Part shown: piece by piece, positions 25,700 to 37,700 of the stretch
Position numbering within the stretch: the stretch's first letter is position 1
How the letters are laid out: every line of letters starts with the position of its first letter
DNA from: Daphnia carinata
Taxonomy: Eukaryota
Assembly: GCF_022539665.2 (NCBI RefSeq)
Contig: NC_081332.1
Location: 3,224,001 to 3,288,000, forward strand
DNA: 64,000 bases
Reading direction: 5' to 3'
Made by a program: the position numbers and the translations under genes
The notes under the pieces: generated by a model
Databases searched by the model: none
What the model saw: the letters and a program-made list of their open reading frames with translations, nothing else
Told to the model about the DNA's origin: nothing

Positions 25700-25862
25700 T
25701 TTACCACCAGATGCCGTTATCACGAAATCATCTAAAGTTTGTGACCTTCATTTTGACGACGACGCCATTGTTAGAAGTCGTCTGTCGATTGTGGACGGGA
25801 AACCAACATCAGTCGTCGTTCGTCCCGTTCTAAAACCTGGAGCTGTTCCCACAAAGTTTCAG
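25700..25862 (+). pseudogene. THAP zinc-finger C-terminal half (transposase- or THAP-protein-derived fragment)
   Basis: ITKSSKVCDLHFDDDAI...RPVLKPGAVPTKF carries the C-x2-H-F and LKxxAVPTxF THAP signatures. The N-terminal half is missing. Confidence 0.8.
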
Positions 25863-26487
25863 AGCATTGTTTATTTGTGAGTTTAAAATCTCGTTCGGAT
25901 GTTCCCTGAAAATCATTAGCAGTTTATGGTAAACGTATTGTTTCTTTCCGCCATGACATCGAAGTTTTTTCTCTTTCTGTTTTCTGACGCATTCGTGCAC
26001 GGTCATGTTGCATGTGCTGTCCGCAGGTAGCGTTCATACTGAACGAGTACTGAATAACCTCGTTAGCCTTGTCTTTAGCCAAGACAATACATCCTTGTAA
26101 CCAAGTTTCCGATATTGTAACTTGTTAACTGTTAGTCGTGAATGCCTTGCAGGAATCTAGTACGAAACTTTTACTCAATACACCCAAGAAAAGCGGATGT
26201 AGCAGATATTACAGTATATCTTGACATTTCTTTGTTGTGTTAAAAAATAGCAGACAGCCTGCTATTGCTTTTGATTAGCAATTACCAGTGGATTAATAAT
26301 CGGTACTTTGTTGCACCAGATGTTTAGACCTGCAGGTTGCCAAACGATAGTTAATGTTAACATAATAAAGGTAAACACAAAAAGCATTTAATTAACTGTA
26401 GTTTTTATTAATCGAAAGCGTTATCTTGCATACGGCATTACAAATCATTCTTTAATTTTCATCATCGATTAACGAAGACGTGGCACA

Positions 26488-29339
26488 TCACTTTTCGGGA
26501 ATGCCAGACGAACAGGCAAACGTCAGACGAGGATTTGAGTCTGCTGGGAAACCGAACCCCATCTCAGTAAGTTCGTTCTTATGGTAAATCTGCCAACATG
26601 CACGTCCATTTGCCTCAAACTTTTTTCCTGTATAGTCTTTAACAATGTACAACATTGATTGGCCTTGGCTACAATCTCGGCAGTCTGGTTGGCAACGCAA
26701 AAATTACTGTATTCTGTCTTAACGTTCTTGTCTAGCCATTGCCAGTGATCACCCGTCGTTAGGTCGAAGAAACCTCCTGTCCAAAGCAGCCTACGTTCTT
26801 GATCCGTTTTTTGGAATGGTGTACTCTTATTGTTCCGTACAGCATTATCGACGAAAATGTCTTCACATCTCGACCCGATCGTGAGCCAACTTGCATCGTT
26901 TTGGCAAACCTCCTGCATTGTCGAATACGGTACGCGACCAGAATACAAACTTAAGTTGCCATTTAACGTCGTGCTAACGTGACTCGTTTTACTGTAGGCA
27001 ACTTTTGGCACGAAGGTGAATCTTATTGTCGTTACGACAATCAGAGCCACGATCAGTGGCACAAGAAAAGTAAAGCAAATGGCTGTGATTGAGGTAATTG
27101 ATCTACTTTTGTTTTTGGTGTCCTGTTTCTGGAGTTTAGTTTGTTTTCTGTTTTTTTTTATAGGTACGTGAATCTGTTCGCCTGTGTGAGACCTGAGTGG
27201 TGGTGGAACGTAACTTTGTGCTTCATCGTCTAGGGCAATGATTTCATCACGTGGTGTTCGGGAATATAAGAGAAATTGGGCCACGATGGAAACGACACAG
27301 AAGAAAGAGTGCAAACCAACGAGGAGAGTTATGACAGCCGAATCTCCGACTAGTACTAGTTCGTTTTCAACCATCAGGACGTTTTTGTAAAACAAAAGGA
27401 CGCTCTGGATAACTAGCATGAGCAAAACGAATAGGATTGCACAGCGATGGACATTGGCACCGGAGTAAGTTGGCTGATATGTTTGAACCATTGTATAGCG
27501 ATCAATGATATATCCAATTGCCAGACACAGGACGCTTATAGCTATGATGGGGGGAAACGTGAAATATCCCACGCACGTTATGACAAACTGCGCCACCAGT
27601 TGGGAATAGCGTTCTCCGATGTTGAACCTGTCACGCAGAAATGGACTGTCTGCCTTGGGAGATTTGGTTAAACGCAGCCACAGTCTGTTTACCCATTGCG
27701 TTACTCGAGGTAAAACGAAAAAACTGTGAGATAAATTCCATTCAATGACGGAGATTGCCATTTCAGAGCCCAAGTCTGGCCGGAAAACGCACTGCAGCCG
27801 AATCCAGTGATTCAAAACGTTTGGATCTGTTTGAGTCCAGATGATGGAATTCCAGATGTCCTTGAAGTTGAGCATGGGTAACACGATTTCAGACACCACG
27901 ATAATGATGAATGAAGAGAAAAAGAGTCCTAAGTGAGCACTGGATTTTCTCATGTGATCCACTTGGAAGGCTGGACAGAGGCGAACAATTACCAAGAAAA
28001 CTATTGTCAAAATCGATTTCGAGTAACGTAGAACAGCGTAGAAGATGTTTTGTTTGTCGACTAGGAGTTTCAGCGATTCGACGAATATCGTGGATCCTGC
28101 TAGGGGTAAGAGAATGCTGAAAAAGTATTGGATAATCATTTTTAATAGACAGATGTGGCTGCCCTTTTGATGCAGATTGGACCATACGATATCACGAGAT
28201 GGTGGAGCCCATTCAACTCGCCAACCTCTTAGTGTCCGGTGATTGATTAAGTATTTGCTTGCTTTCACTGCATGCTCTCGTGTTCTGAATGTGACGAAAG
28301 CTGCAGTGGCTGGATGGCTTGTTGATGGCTTCTCCATTAGCTTGTGGATAATACTTATTCCAGTCACAATATCAGCATTGTTGTCTCGGAAGTATGACCT
28401 CAAATATTCCTCGGTGCATTTTTCGTAATTGATCCGTGAGATGAGCAGTGTCCGTATTGTTTCACCGTTGCCCATAATGGTTTGGTTTCGGTACAGATGA
28501 TAGGAAAAGGTAACGACGCTATGCTGAAAAACCACCCACAAGCATAAAGCTGTTCTTATTACATTCCAGGTTGAAAATATTCGCATTAGTAAAACCGTGA
28601 TTACCATTAAGAAAGATGGTATCAAAATGGCTATCAAGCAGAGTTGAAAACTGAGTAAAGCCAGTCCGTCTGTTCCTTGCTGTTCCGTCAAATGTCTAGC
28701 GATGTCACCCCAGATTCTACGGGCCGTACTTCTCATCGAGGCCAGTGTTCCTTCTCCTACGTGCTCCATTTCGTCGTCTTCTTGGCTATGGGCGGATTCA
28801 GTGTCATTGTGACAGTAGGAAAGCGGATTATCGTAGGTTCGAAATAAAAATTCTCCCACTCCAGAGATTCCTAGGACGATTAACAGTGTTAATATATAAA
28901 ACAAGATTGTCTTATTCAATAAAAACACTGTGATGTTGTTGAAAACTCCCTGATCTGATGGGCAGTTTCGTGTTAGCATTAACTCGTTTGACGGGTCATA
29001 TGCCTCAGTTTCAAGGAGTTCCAGAATAACCTCCATGATCCCATCAATACTCACTCTTGGATTCATTTCGTGAATTTTTCGCACATCGCTACAAGTGAAA
29101 TGCGTTCCATCACGTGTTGACAAATAGATAATGTCAAGTAATTGTCTTCTATCTAGCGACGGGAGAATTCCATTCGATGGTGATGATGGTGTATATAGTG
29201 GATTTGAGATGTCTGGGTTTAGTGTGGAAAATTCGGCTACCCCTCGAAACCCAAAAACGGCTGCGACCACTAGGTATCCAAAGAATACTACTAAGGCCAA
29301 AATTGCAAGAATAGTCTTGCATTGTTCTTTCCTATTCAT
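26488..29339 (-). CDS. Intronless OSCA/TMEM63 (CSC1-like) channel fused to a C-terminal TM plus C-type lectin-like domain, with probable 1-nt frameshift near 26700
   Basis: 962-codon ORF 26523-29411, first ATG at 29339. TMEM63 motifs: GTDGLALLSFQ, RTLLISRI, AFVTF, WRVEWAPPSRDIVWSNL, LQCVFRPDLG, FNIGERYS, IDRY, YVPPPL. Then a TM and a lectin-like part (EVCQ..LTIGS, LWTGG, WQWLD, YSNF). The adjacent frame (26488-26700) supplies QPD...ACW...LTFAC. Confidence 0.85.
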
Positions 29340-29609
29340 GTTCAGAGGTTGAAAGTATGCCGCGTATATGCTGGAGGGATATCGATCTAGGGATCCTAAG
29401 AAAGTATCCACTCAGTGTATGTCTTACGTGATAAAAATGTGCGGGTGGCAACTGCTAAATAACTCATGGCAACGAAGTAGTTAAATGACAATTCGATAAC
29501 AGATTTAGTTTTCTTGTACATCAATAAATGTTGCATCATTTCGCACATAGCTCATTAATTGGTATTTATTTTGGCATGGAATTCATGGTTTTTGTGTAAA
29601 TTTTACGCA

Positions 29610-29810
29610 CGACAAAATAAGCACGACTTTTAGTTTTTTACGGTTAATTAAAAATCGATAAGCCAATATGAAAATACACCCGATTTTCGTGATCAGCGAT
29701 CAATTTTGAATCAAAATAATGTATTTTTAACCAAATCTAGAATTTGACGAAAATTGAAAAAGTGAGAAAGCCTTCTTGCTTTTTCATTTTTTTGGCCAAA
29801 TTTCAAATTT
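29610..29810 (-). repeat. Inverted copy of the 8660-8795 MITE-like sequence
   Basis: Shares TTTTAGTTTTTTACGGTTAATT and CCCGATTTTCGTGATCAGCGATCAATTT with the reverse complement of 8660-8795. Confidence 0.75.
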
Positions 29811-31744
29811 GGCTTACAATACGCATGTCCTGAAAGAAACTAACAAATCCAATGAGGAACGAACAGTCGACAGGGTGTCGAAGAGGAACCCGTAGTCAAG
29901 CCAATCGTTCTCGCCGATCAACCATATAAGGATAGTCGTCTTAAAATTCCTGGTTTACTAAATTCAAAGTTGGTAAAAAGACTGAAAGATTTATGTGTTT
30001 CTTTTCTAATAATGATAGGCTGCCAAGAAGCAAGGCTCAATGGCATCGGGGACGAAAAGGCTAAAAACCACCAACTTGTTGAAAAAGAACAGACAACTTA
30101 GACAAGTTTTAGGGGATGTTGGATCGCTCATGCGGATAGTGGAAGGATACACTGCTCATCTTTTCAAGTATTTGAAACTCCATGGAGGTCATGCACAAAA
30201 AAGCAATAAATAAGGTAATTACATGTATTATACATGTTGTTGCATATTGTGCATACTGTTGCACGATGAAGAAATCTGATGTAGAAGCTACATGTTACCA
30301 ATCAGTTGCTGAAATAGGAGAAACTTTGATGAATGGTTTTTGTCATCAAGCTGTTGGTAACTGAGCTAAGGACATTCAAAGCGCTGCTGTTTTCCCTATT
30401 TGTACCTTTGGACTTTCCACACCAGCTTCTGGTCTTCCTATTCTATAAGTCTGTCTGATAGGATGGCAGAGACAGCAAGTAAGCAACCAAGTTTTTAATA
30501 CTGTACTTCAAAAAGTGTTGAAACAAATCTTTTAGGAAACAGTGTGTTGAGTGTAGTGACTAAGAACCTTTTCAACCATGGAGTGATGACTGGGATGTCA
30601 TAAGTGTACTGTGTCAACTCTCGAACTGATTATTCATTGCTGATTTCCATGTTTGGATCTGGATGAGCTAGTCGCTTAGCCAAGCCTTTCTATTCATCCA
30701 TAACTTTTAAGGAAATTTTTGTCTCGAACCCAAATAGGTTTTTCTAGGTATGCAATGTGGCTTCATTACATAACCTGGCATTATGTTGTCCAAAAAGAAG
30801 CCTAGTACTCCTGCTGTGCTCGTGCTCATGAGAACAGTGACTATCTAACTGAAGATATGCAATCGCCTGTAAATATCAAGATGGGCTTTCATCCATTGTG
30901 AAGGGGAAGGTATGGAAACAATCTTCTCTGAAATTTATCAGTAACACCATGATTTTATTTTAGTGAGTTTAGTGAGAATTCTTTCATCAGATGAATTTTT
31001 CAACTCTAACTTCTACCGTTTATTCATTATTAGTTTTTCTTTATTACTGTTGATTTTTCCTTTGATTATGCCATAATAGTTTTCTTTCATTTGCATTGTA
31101 GGAAAGTGAACTATCATGGGGGGTGATCTTCATACCAAGGATGCTGTGTGTGTCCTCTCAGTGATCCTAGGTCAATACTGAGGGGATCTAATAAAGGGCT
31201 GTAATGGTTGCAGAAAAACGAGCCATTTGCTGCAATTACGTGCAGGTTATCTTAACAGCATTCTTCCATTGGAATTTCGGCCCATATTGTCTAGCTCGAA
31301 GACAGGGCTGGTTATCTGATGCTTGATAAATTAATTTCTTTATCTGTTGCACAGGAATAGTGGATACTTGGGATATCAAAACACAGCTGCTGATGTATCT
31401 GTAAGATGTGGCCTAGCACTTACCACATTCATATCACATTGATCCTTACTTTACTAATGGCATTAACGGACAATTAGATAAGATGTAAGGCAAGCAATGT
31501 TACAGGAATTTTTTCTTATAGGATGAATTTAAATTTTTTTCTTTTACAGAAGTGTTGATCAAAGTTATCTCTTTGACTTTGTGGAACATTCGGGTTTGAC
31601 GTTAAACTTATCAGAAGCGAGTGTGATTAAGAACAAGAAAATCACGGGTAAGAAAGATTGTGCAGCATGGCTTATTAGCATGGCATATTATGGCAGATTT
31701 CTTTCGATACCGTTGTCTTTTACCGTCGTTTTTATACCGTCATA

Positions 31745-34700
31745 TAGTTATTAACTCTGCTGGTGCCCAGTTTCGGAATTTTATTGCACATCGTTCCCTG
31801 TCGAAATTGTCTGCTTCGTGCTGAGAACCTGTATTCGCAAAAAATACCTTGTCATCGTTGTTTTGTCATAGGTAGTTGTGTGGAATGGGCATGTAGGTAA
31901 CCAAATATTTTAGTAATAATATTATTACCCGGATACAAGTTAAATTATATTCATCAATTTGATAAATTTTGATTATGCTTGATACCAAATTAACATGATT
32001 TCCAAGAATAATTTGTGTTTCCATGCAGAAGTACCAGAGTAATGTGACAAACATTCACAACAGTGATTACCCTTCACAAAGCTAACATTTAGTATGCTAC
32101 TATTATTTGTTTTATAAATTTAGTTATAATTTAATTCAGCTTTTTATTTAGTGGAATATAATTTATTTCAGTTTTTCTGATGCAGTTTGGAAGCCACTTG
32201 GTGTAAACTTTTCGTCAGGTACTCACAAAAAACAGATTGGCAAATCTAACAAATGGTATGCAATGGGTAACAGTTTTATTACAGTTGGAAGTAGTTTTTC
32301 CAAACATACATTCCGAACTCATTTTTAACACACTAACATATAGTTGCATCACATGTGGGTGGGTGAGATTTTGTTCCAGGAATTTCAGGCGTTGCGACTG
32401 AAAGATTGGCGAGCCAAAGGACGCCCTGCCCTGTTTACCACAGCGTTGAAGGATTGATGTATCCAGTGCCAAATCGCCACAGCTGGAACGTTTGTATCGG
32501 CGACAAGCACCCACCAGCAGCAGACGAAATCCGAAGTGTGTGTACGTGCGCGTGTGATACGTTTGACAACATCGTAACTCGAGCGAAAAGCGAGTATTTC
32601 GAGATTATTGTTGAAGTTGTGGGCAGTTCTTGGTCCATGTGTGATTCAACGTAAAGGTATGTGCAGCTTGCAATCGCCCAGTTTCTTGCTTTCCCATTTT
32701 TCCTTTAACAGTTTGACACTTTCGACGTAAATACCCCGAGGAAAAGGCGTCTTGCATGAAGTTGTTGAAAGTGTGGGTGAAGGACTGATTTTTGTAGCGT
32801 CATCCAAAGCTATTAGCAATGCTGTTGGATGTCAGAATCATTTACGTTATTGCCCAGACTTTCATTGCCTTCCAAAAAATCGTCTGCTCGACGAAACTCT
32901 GTTCGCGAAAATGCTTAAGCATCTTTCAGTGTTACTCCTGTTGAAGCCGAGGCGAATAGCTGAAACACACGTATCATTTCATCTCTTTTTTGCCTCATCA
33001 TTGTACGGAAACTATGTTAGTAACCTTTTGTTTTGCGTTTTTGTTTTTGTTAAAACTTCCCATATCATTTTCAAGTGCAATTTTTATTTTTTTTTAGGTA
33101 GCTGTATGGATGTGTAAAGAATGGTGGTTGCAGGTCATGAGAGCCATTCCTTTATACAATACCTTTCCATTTTTATTGCTTTAAGTTTTGTCATTTTAGC
33201 CGCTGAATGTAGCTGGAACAGAACACATTGGAATTTTAACGTCAAGACATCTGGCAGGTTGGACGATTAAACATCCCTCTGTGGGGACACAGATATTGCG
33301 TCTAGTTTTTATCTGTAGATTATTTCTGAGATAATAACTTTGTCACCAACACCGTGACTTTGATAACCAGCAGTTGAACAGCCTTTCAATTCCAAACAAA
33401 AGGAGTCATGGTAATTGTATGTTTTGTATACATTTCTGTATAAACTATCACTTATCTAGATTTACTCAATTGACATGACACTCTATATGGCTGGCATTGG
33501 AGTAGCTAATGCTGTTCATATGCAGAATATGTCACTGAGAAGGGGTTCTATTATGGTAGGAGTACCATGTTTTACTACAGGCTGACCAGAATCACAAACA
33601 CATTGATTGAAAACTATCATCAGTTTCAACAATTGATACGTAAAATAATAGTAATATTACAAAATTGTAATAATATTCAAATGGTAAGTAAATACTTTGG
33701 AATTGTTGTTGCGAAAAAACGACAATTTATAATATAAATTGTAGTACCAAACGTATTGTATACTACCATATGGTTTAAGTAATTATTAACATTAATATAT
33801 AATTTTTCGTAGTTATTGTATTATAGAAGTATTGAAAATTTATTTTTTAATTTGTTTATGGTAAGGTACATTATATATCAATTATGATTGTTTGTTATCC
33901 TACCAAATTTAAAATAATTGTACTTTTTACTTTGTTTAATTGTACTTTGTAAATTATAGGGTTTTTTTTTGCTTTGCTTATTTGTTAGTAAACAGAACTA
34001 TTTTTTGGCTTAGTGTAACATTAAATAATTTAACAGTTATTCAAATTCGAACAGTTGAAATATCAAGTAGATTCACATATGCAGGTAATACGTTAAAATA
34101 GTGTTTTGCAGGTACAAGAATTACACATACATATTTAAACTTTATTAATAAGATTTTCAATGTTTAATTATTTCTATTTACATTCAGAAGTAACCGGTTA
34201 GTAATGTGAATTAAAGGACATGACTATATGATGAATACCAGCAGTGATGAAGCCTAAGAGTAGCAACGAACATAAAAAGTATGGTACTATAAATTTTTTA
34301 AATAATTAGTGGTACTTAACAAATTTCAATACCTCATTTGATGCAGTTGAAAGGCAGCCAGAGTAAACACGCCAGCATCTACTCATGGATTGAAAGGGTC
34401 GTTCCTAAAAGAAATGGAATGCTATTGGTAACAGTTTGATTTAATTAAGAATTAGTTTACTAACATAGATTTAGAACTAATTTAATTGAAGTAGAGATAT
34501 CCTCTAACTTTCTACAATTAAAGAAGACAATGAAGCTACTTAGTATAAATTCAACCTACCTGATAAGCGAATCGATCGTCGATGGTGATATAGTTGTGGT
34601 ACATCTGTAGAGGCAAGACTCCGAACGAATGTTAACATCTATCGTCTAGACGACGCCTTAAATACTCGCAGACACGTGTCACATTATTGCTTTCCCGGAA

Positions 34701-37700
34701 GTAGAGCGTAGGGTAGAGGGACCTAATTCTGAAGGTCGATAGGTTGAAGGACAAATTTTTATTTCCAGGTGAGCCCGAGGTTATAGCCATTCCCCATCGA
34801 TTGACCTTAGGTTACTTTGAATTTTTTTTTTTTGGTTTTTTTTGTTTGTTTCCAAGTGCCTAAAACAGACGAAGAACCTCGGGCATACACAAAAAGGAGA
34901 GGGAAGGGGGGAGGAAGGAAAAAAAAAGAAGCTAGAAGCTCAGTAGCTCTTTCACCTGCACGCTGTGCACTAGTGTAGATTTGTTGCTTGCAATCCACGT
35001 CTAAATATTCTTAGAACTTTCGCACGTGCTCTTAGCTTTCGCAAATTGTAGATTCATCAATAACGCACTGCATCAGCACCTGGGTTAGCCTCTGCACTGG
35101 CCTTGATTAGTTGGGTAGTATAAGTCTAGATGAAATAGATTAAGTTAAGGATAAGTAGGCCTAAAGTTAAGTTAAGAGTAAGGCGTAAGCGTAGTCCACC
35201 TCAATTCGTTACCTTTGCACAACACTATCTCAGCCATTTTCTTTCACTGTTTTATGCAATTATTAACCGTAGTGGTCGTTCGCTAACCATTTTTTTTCTT
35301 ACAAACAATTGTACATTTCAACTTCTTAACACAATTTACACATGAACCGCCAATCCGGCCAATTTTTTTAAAAAAAATTTTTCTCCATGTAACTGTAATT
35401 CGTGTACCTGATGTCTGTTAAAATTAAGATGAAATTTGTTGCTGTTCAAATGTAAAAAAAAATTTTTTTTTTTCTCGTTTCTGTACAATCAGCAGGGTAA
35501 TCTCTGGGGCTGAAGGGCAACGAAGATCGCCGTCGCAGCCATTGGAATACCGCCCAGGATTCTGAGGTATATATTTAAAAACTCGGTATCTCATCATGAT
35601 TTTTTCTTTAAATTTTATGTGCCTAGGAAGGCCATAGCTCCACTGAAGAGGACCTTTGGACAACGAAGGTCATCACCAGGATTCTAGTCCAAAATTACAA
35701 GGTATTCAAAAAATTGAAGTGCATTACTATTCTATGTAGTAATTTGTGTATAAGAGGGTTGGCAACGCTACCGATGAGGATTACTGGACGTCGGGGATAA
35801 CCACTGGAGCTGCCAAGGATTGCCAGGTATTACTTTCACAATTTAAAGTGTTTAATCGTGTTTCTTTATGTATTTCGGACGGTCCACATCATCTCCGAGG
35901 TGGGCCACTCGACAACGAGGTTCGCTTTCGAAGCCTCCTGGAATTATCGCCCAAAATTGTGAAGTATTTAATTGAAAGTCTTAGGTTGTGATCTATGATT
36001 TATTTTGTTTTTATGTATTTAGGAGGGCCTCACCATCATCGAAGAGGATGCTGGACATCGTGGATCGCCGCTGGAGTAACAAGATCGTCGCAATGGATAT
36101 TTAAGGTATATGTTTTACACGTTTAAGTGTCTAAACATGTTTTTTAAATGTATTTAGGATGGCCCACATCATCACCGAAGAGGGTAACTGGACAACGAAG
36201 TACGCCGTTGGAGCCACCAGGATCGTCGCTCAAAATTGCCACGTATTTTATCGAAAATTTTTACTGTCAATTCATTAACCATTAATTTATTTTGTTTTTA
36301 TGTATTTAGGAGGGCGCCATCATCGCCGAGGAGGACCATTGGACAACGTGTTTCGCCGTCGGGTTCACCAGGATAATCGCCCAAAATGGTCAAGTATTTA
36401 ATTCAAAGTTATAAGTTTTACATTATGATCTCATTTTGTTTTTATGTATTTAGGAGGGCCGCACCATCATAAGAGACGATGCTGGACATCGAGATTCGAC
36501 GCTGTAGCAACGACATTGTCGGCATGGGTATTGTGGGTTTTTAAAAAATTAACGCTAAGTGTTTAATCGTGTTTTTTGGGCTTCGAAGAGGGCTTCACCA
36601 CCACCAAAAAGGACGCTGGAGCATCGATATCGTCGCCGTGGATGTTTCAGGTATATCATTTACTCGTATAATTGTGTATTCATGTTTTTGTTTTGTAATT
36701 AGGAGGGTTCCATCATCGCCGAAGAGGATTACTAGACTACGAGGTTCGCCGTCGGAGCTACCAGGATCGTCGCCCAACATTGTCAAGTATTTCATTGAAA
36801 TTCTTAAGTCTTACACCACTCATTTATTTTGTTTTTTATGTGTTTACGAGGGCGGCATCATCGCCGAAGAGGATCACTGGCCAGCATGGTTTGCCGTAGG
36901 AGGCACCAGTATCGTCACCCAAAATCGTCAAGTATTTCATTCAAAGTTATACGTTTTACACTATGATCTCATCTTGTTATGTATTTAGGAGGGCCTTACC
37001 ACCATCTGAGAGGATGCTGGATATCGAGGATCGCCGCTGGAGCAACGAGGTTATCGCAATGGATGTTTCAGGTATATTTCTTTACATGTTTATTTGCCTA
37101 ATCATGTTTTTTTTTTAATGTATTTAGGAGGGCTCCGTCGTTGTCGAATAGGATCACTGGACGTCGTAGGGTGTCGTTGGAGCAACGGAAATCGCTGCCC
37201 ATCCCGTCGTACACGCCCATTAGGTCGATGGGGAAAAAAGATGGTACGGTTGAGTATTGCCTAATTGGCATTTTTCTACTTTATTCCATGTTACTCGTGT
37301 GTTTTACAAGTATGTTGCTCTTGTCCTATATTCCTTACCTTTGTTTTTCCTTATGCATGACGGCTTAGTTTTAACTTTGACTGAGCACGCAAATTCACTA
37401 CACCTGTACCCCACGGTTCACTCACGGTTTGTTTGCTTTTTTGCACCGGGTTGGGGTTAGCGTATCAGGTAATGTAGGCCTGCTCACATTGGTTTCAGGC
37501 CAAGGATTTAGTTGGTGCAGGTTTACTAACACTTGCTACTTCTAAAATAAAAAGTAAAACAAAATAAATCTATTTTATGTCAGCATACTCTTTTGAGTAT
37601 GGTTTCTTGACTTGAGTAATATATAAATCGCGTGCGATCGGGTTGTAAACCCCGATTTGACAACCCGACAAAACGTGATGGGGCAGCAACCGTTCCGACC

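Noticed and set aside
26695..26710. Programmed -1 ribosomal frameshift in the lectin domain
   Set aside because: No canonical X-XXY-YYZ slippery heptamer in frame. A sequence error or mutation is simpler.
26333..29454. CAGGTTGCCA ... TGGCAACTG bracketing the TMEM63-CTL ORF as possible TIRs
   Set aside because: Only ~9 bp, imperfect, no TSD, and the motif is common (RFX-like or transposon subterminal).
29830..31200. Exon-like Cys-rich fragments upstream of unit copy 2
   Set aside because: Too degenerate to assign. At most weak PHD-like hints.
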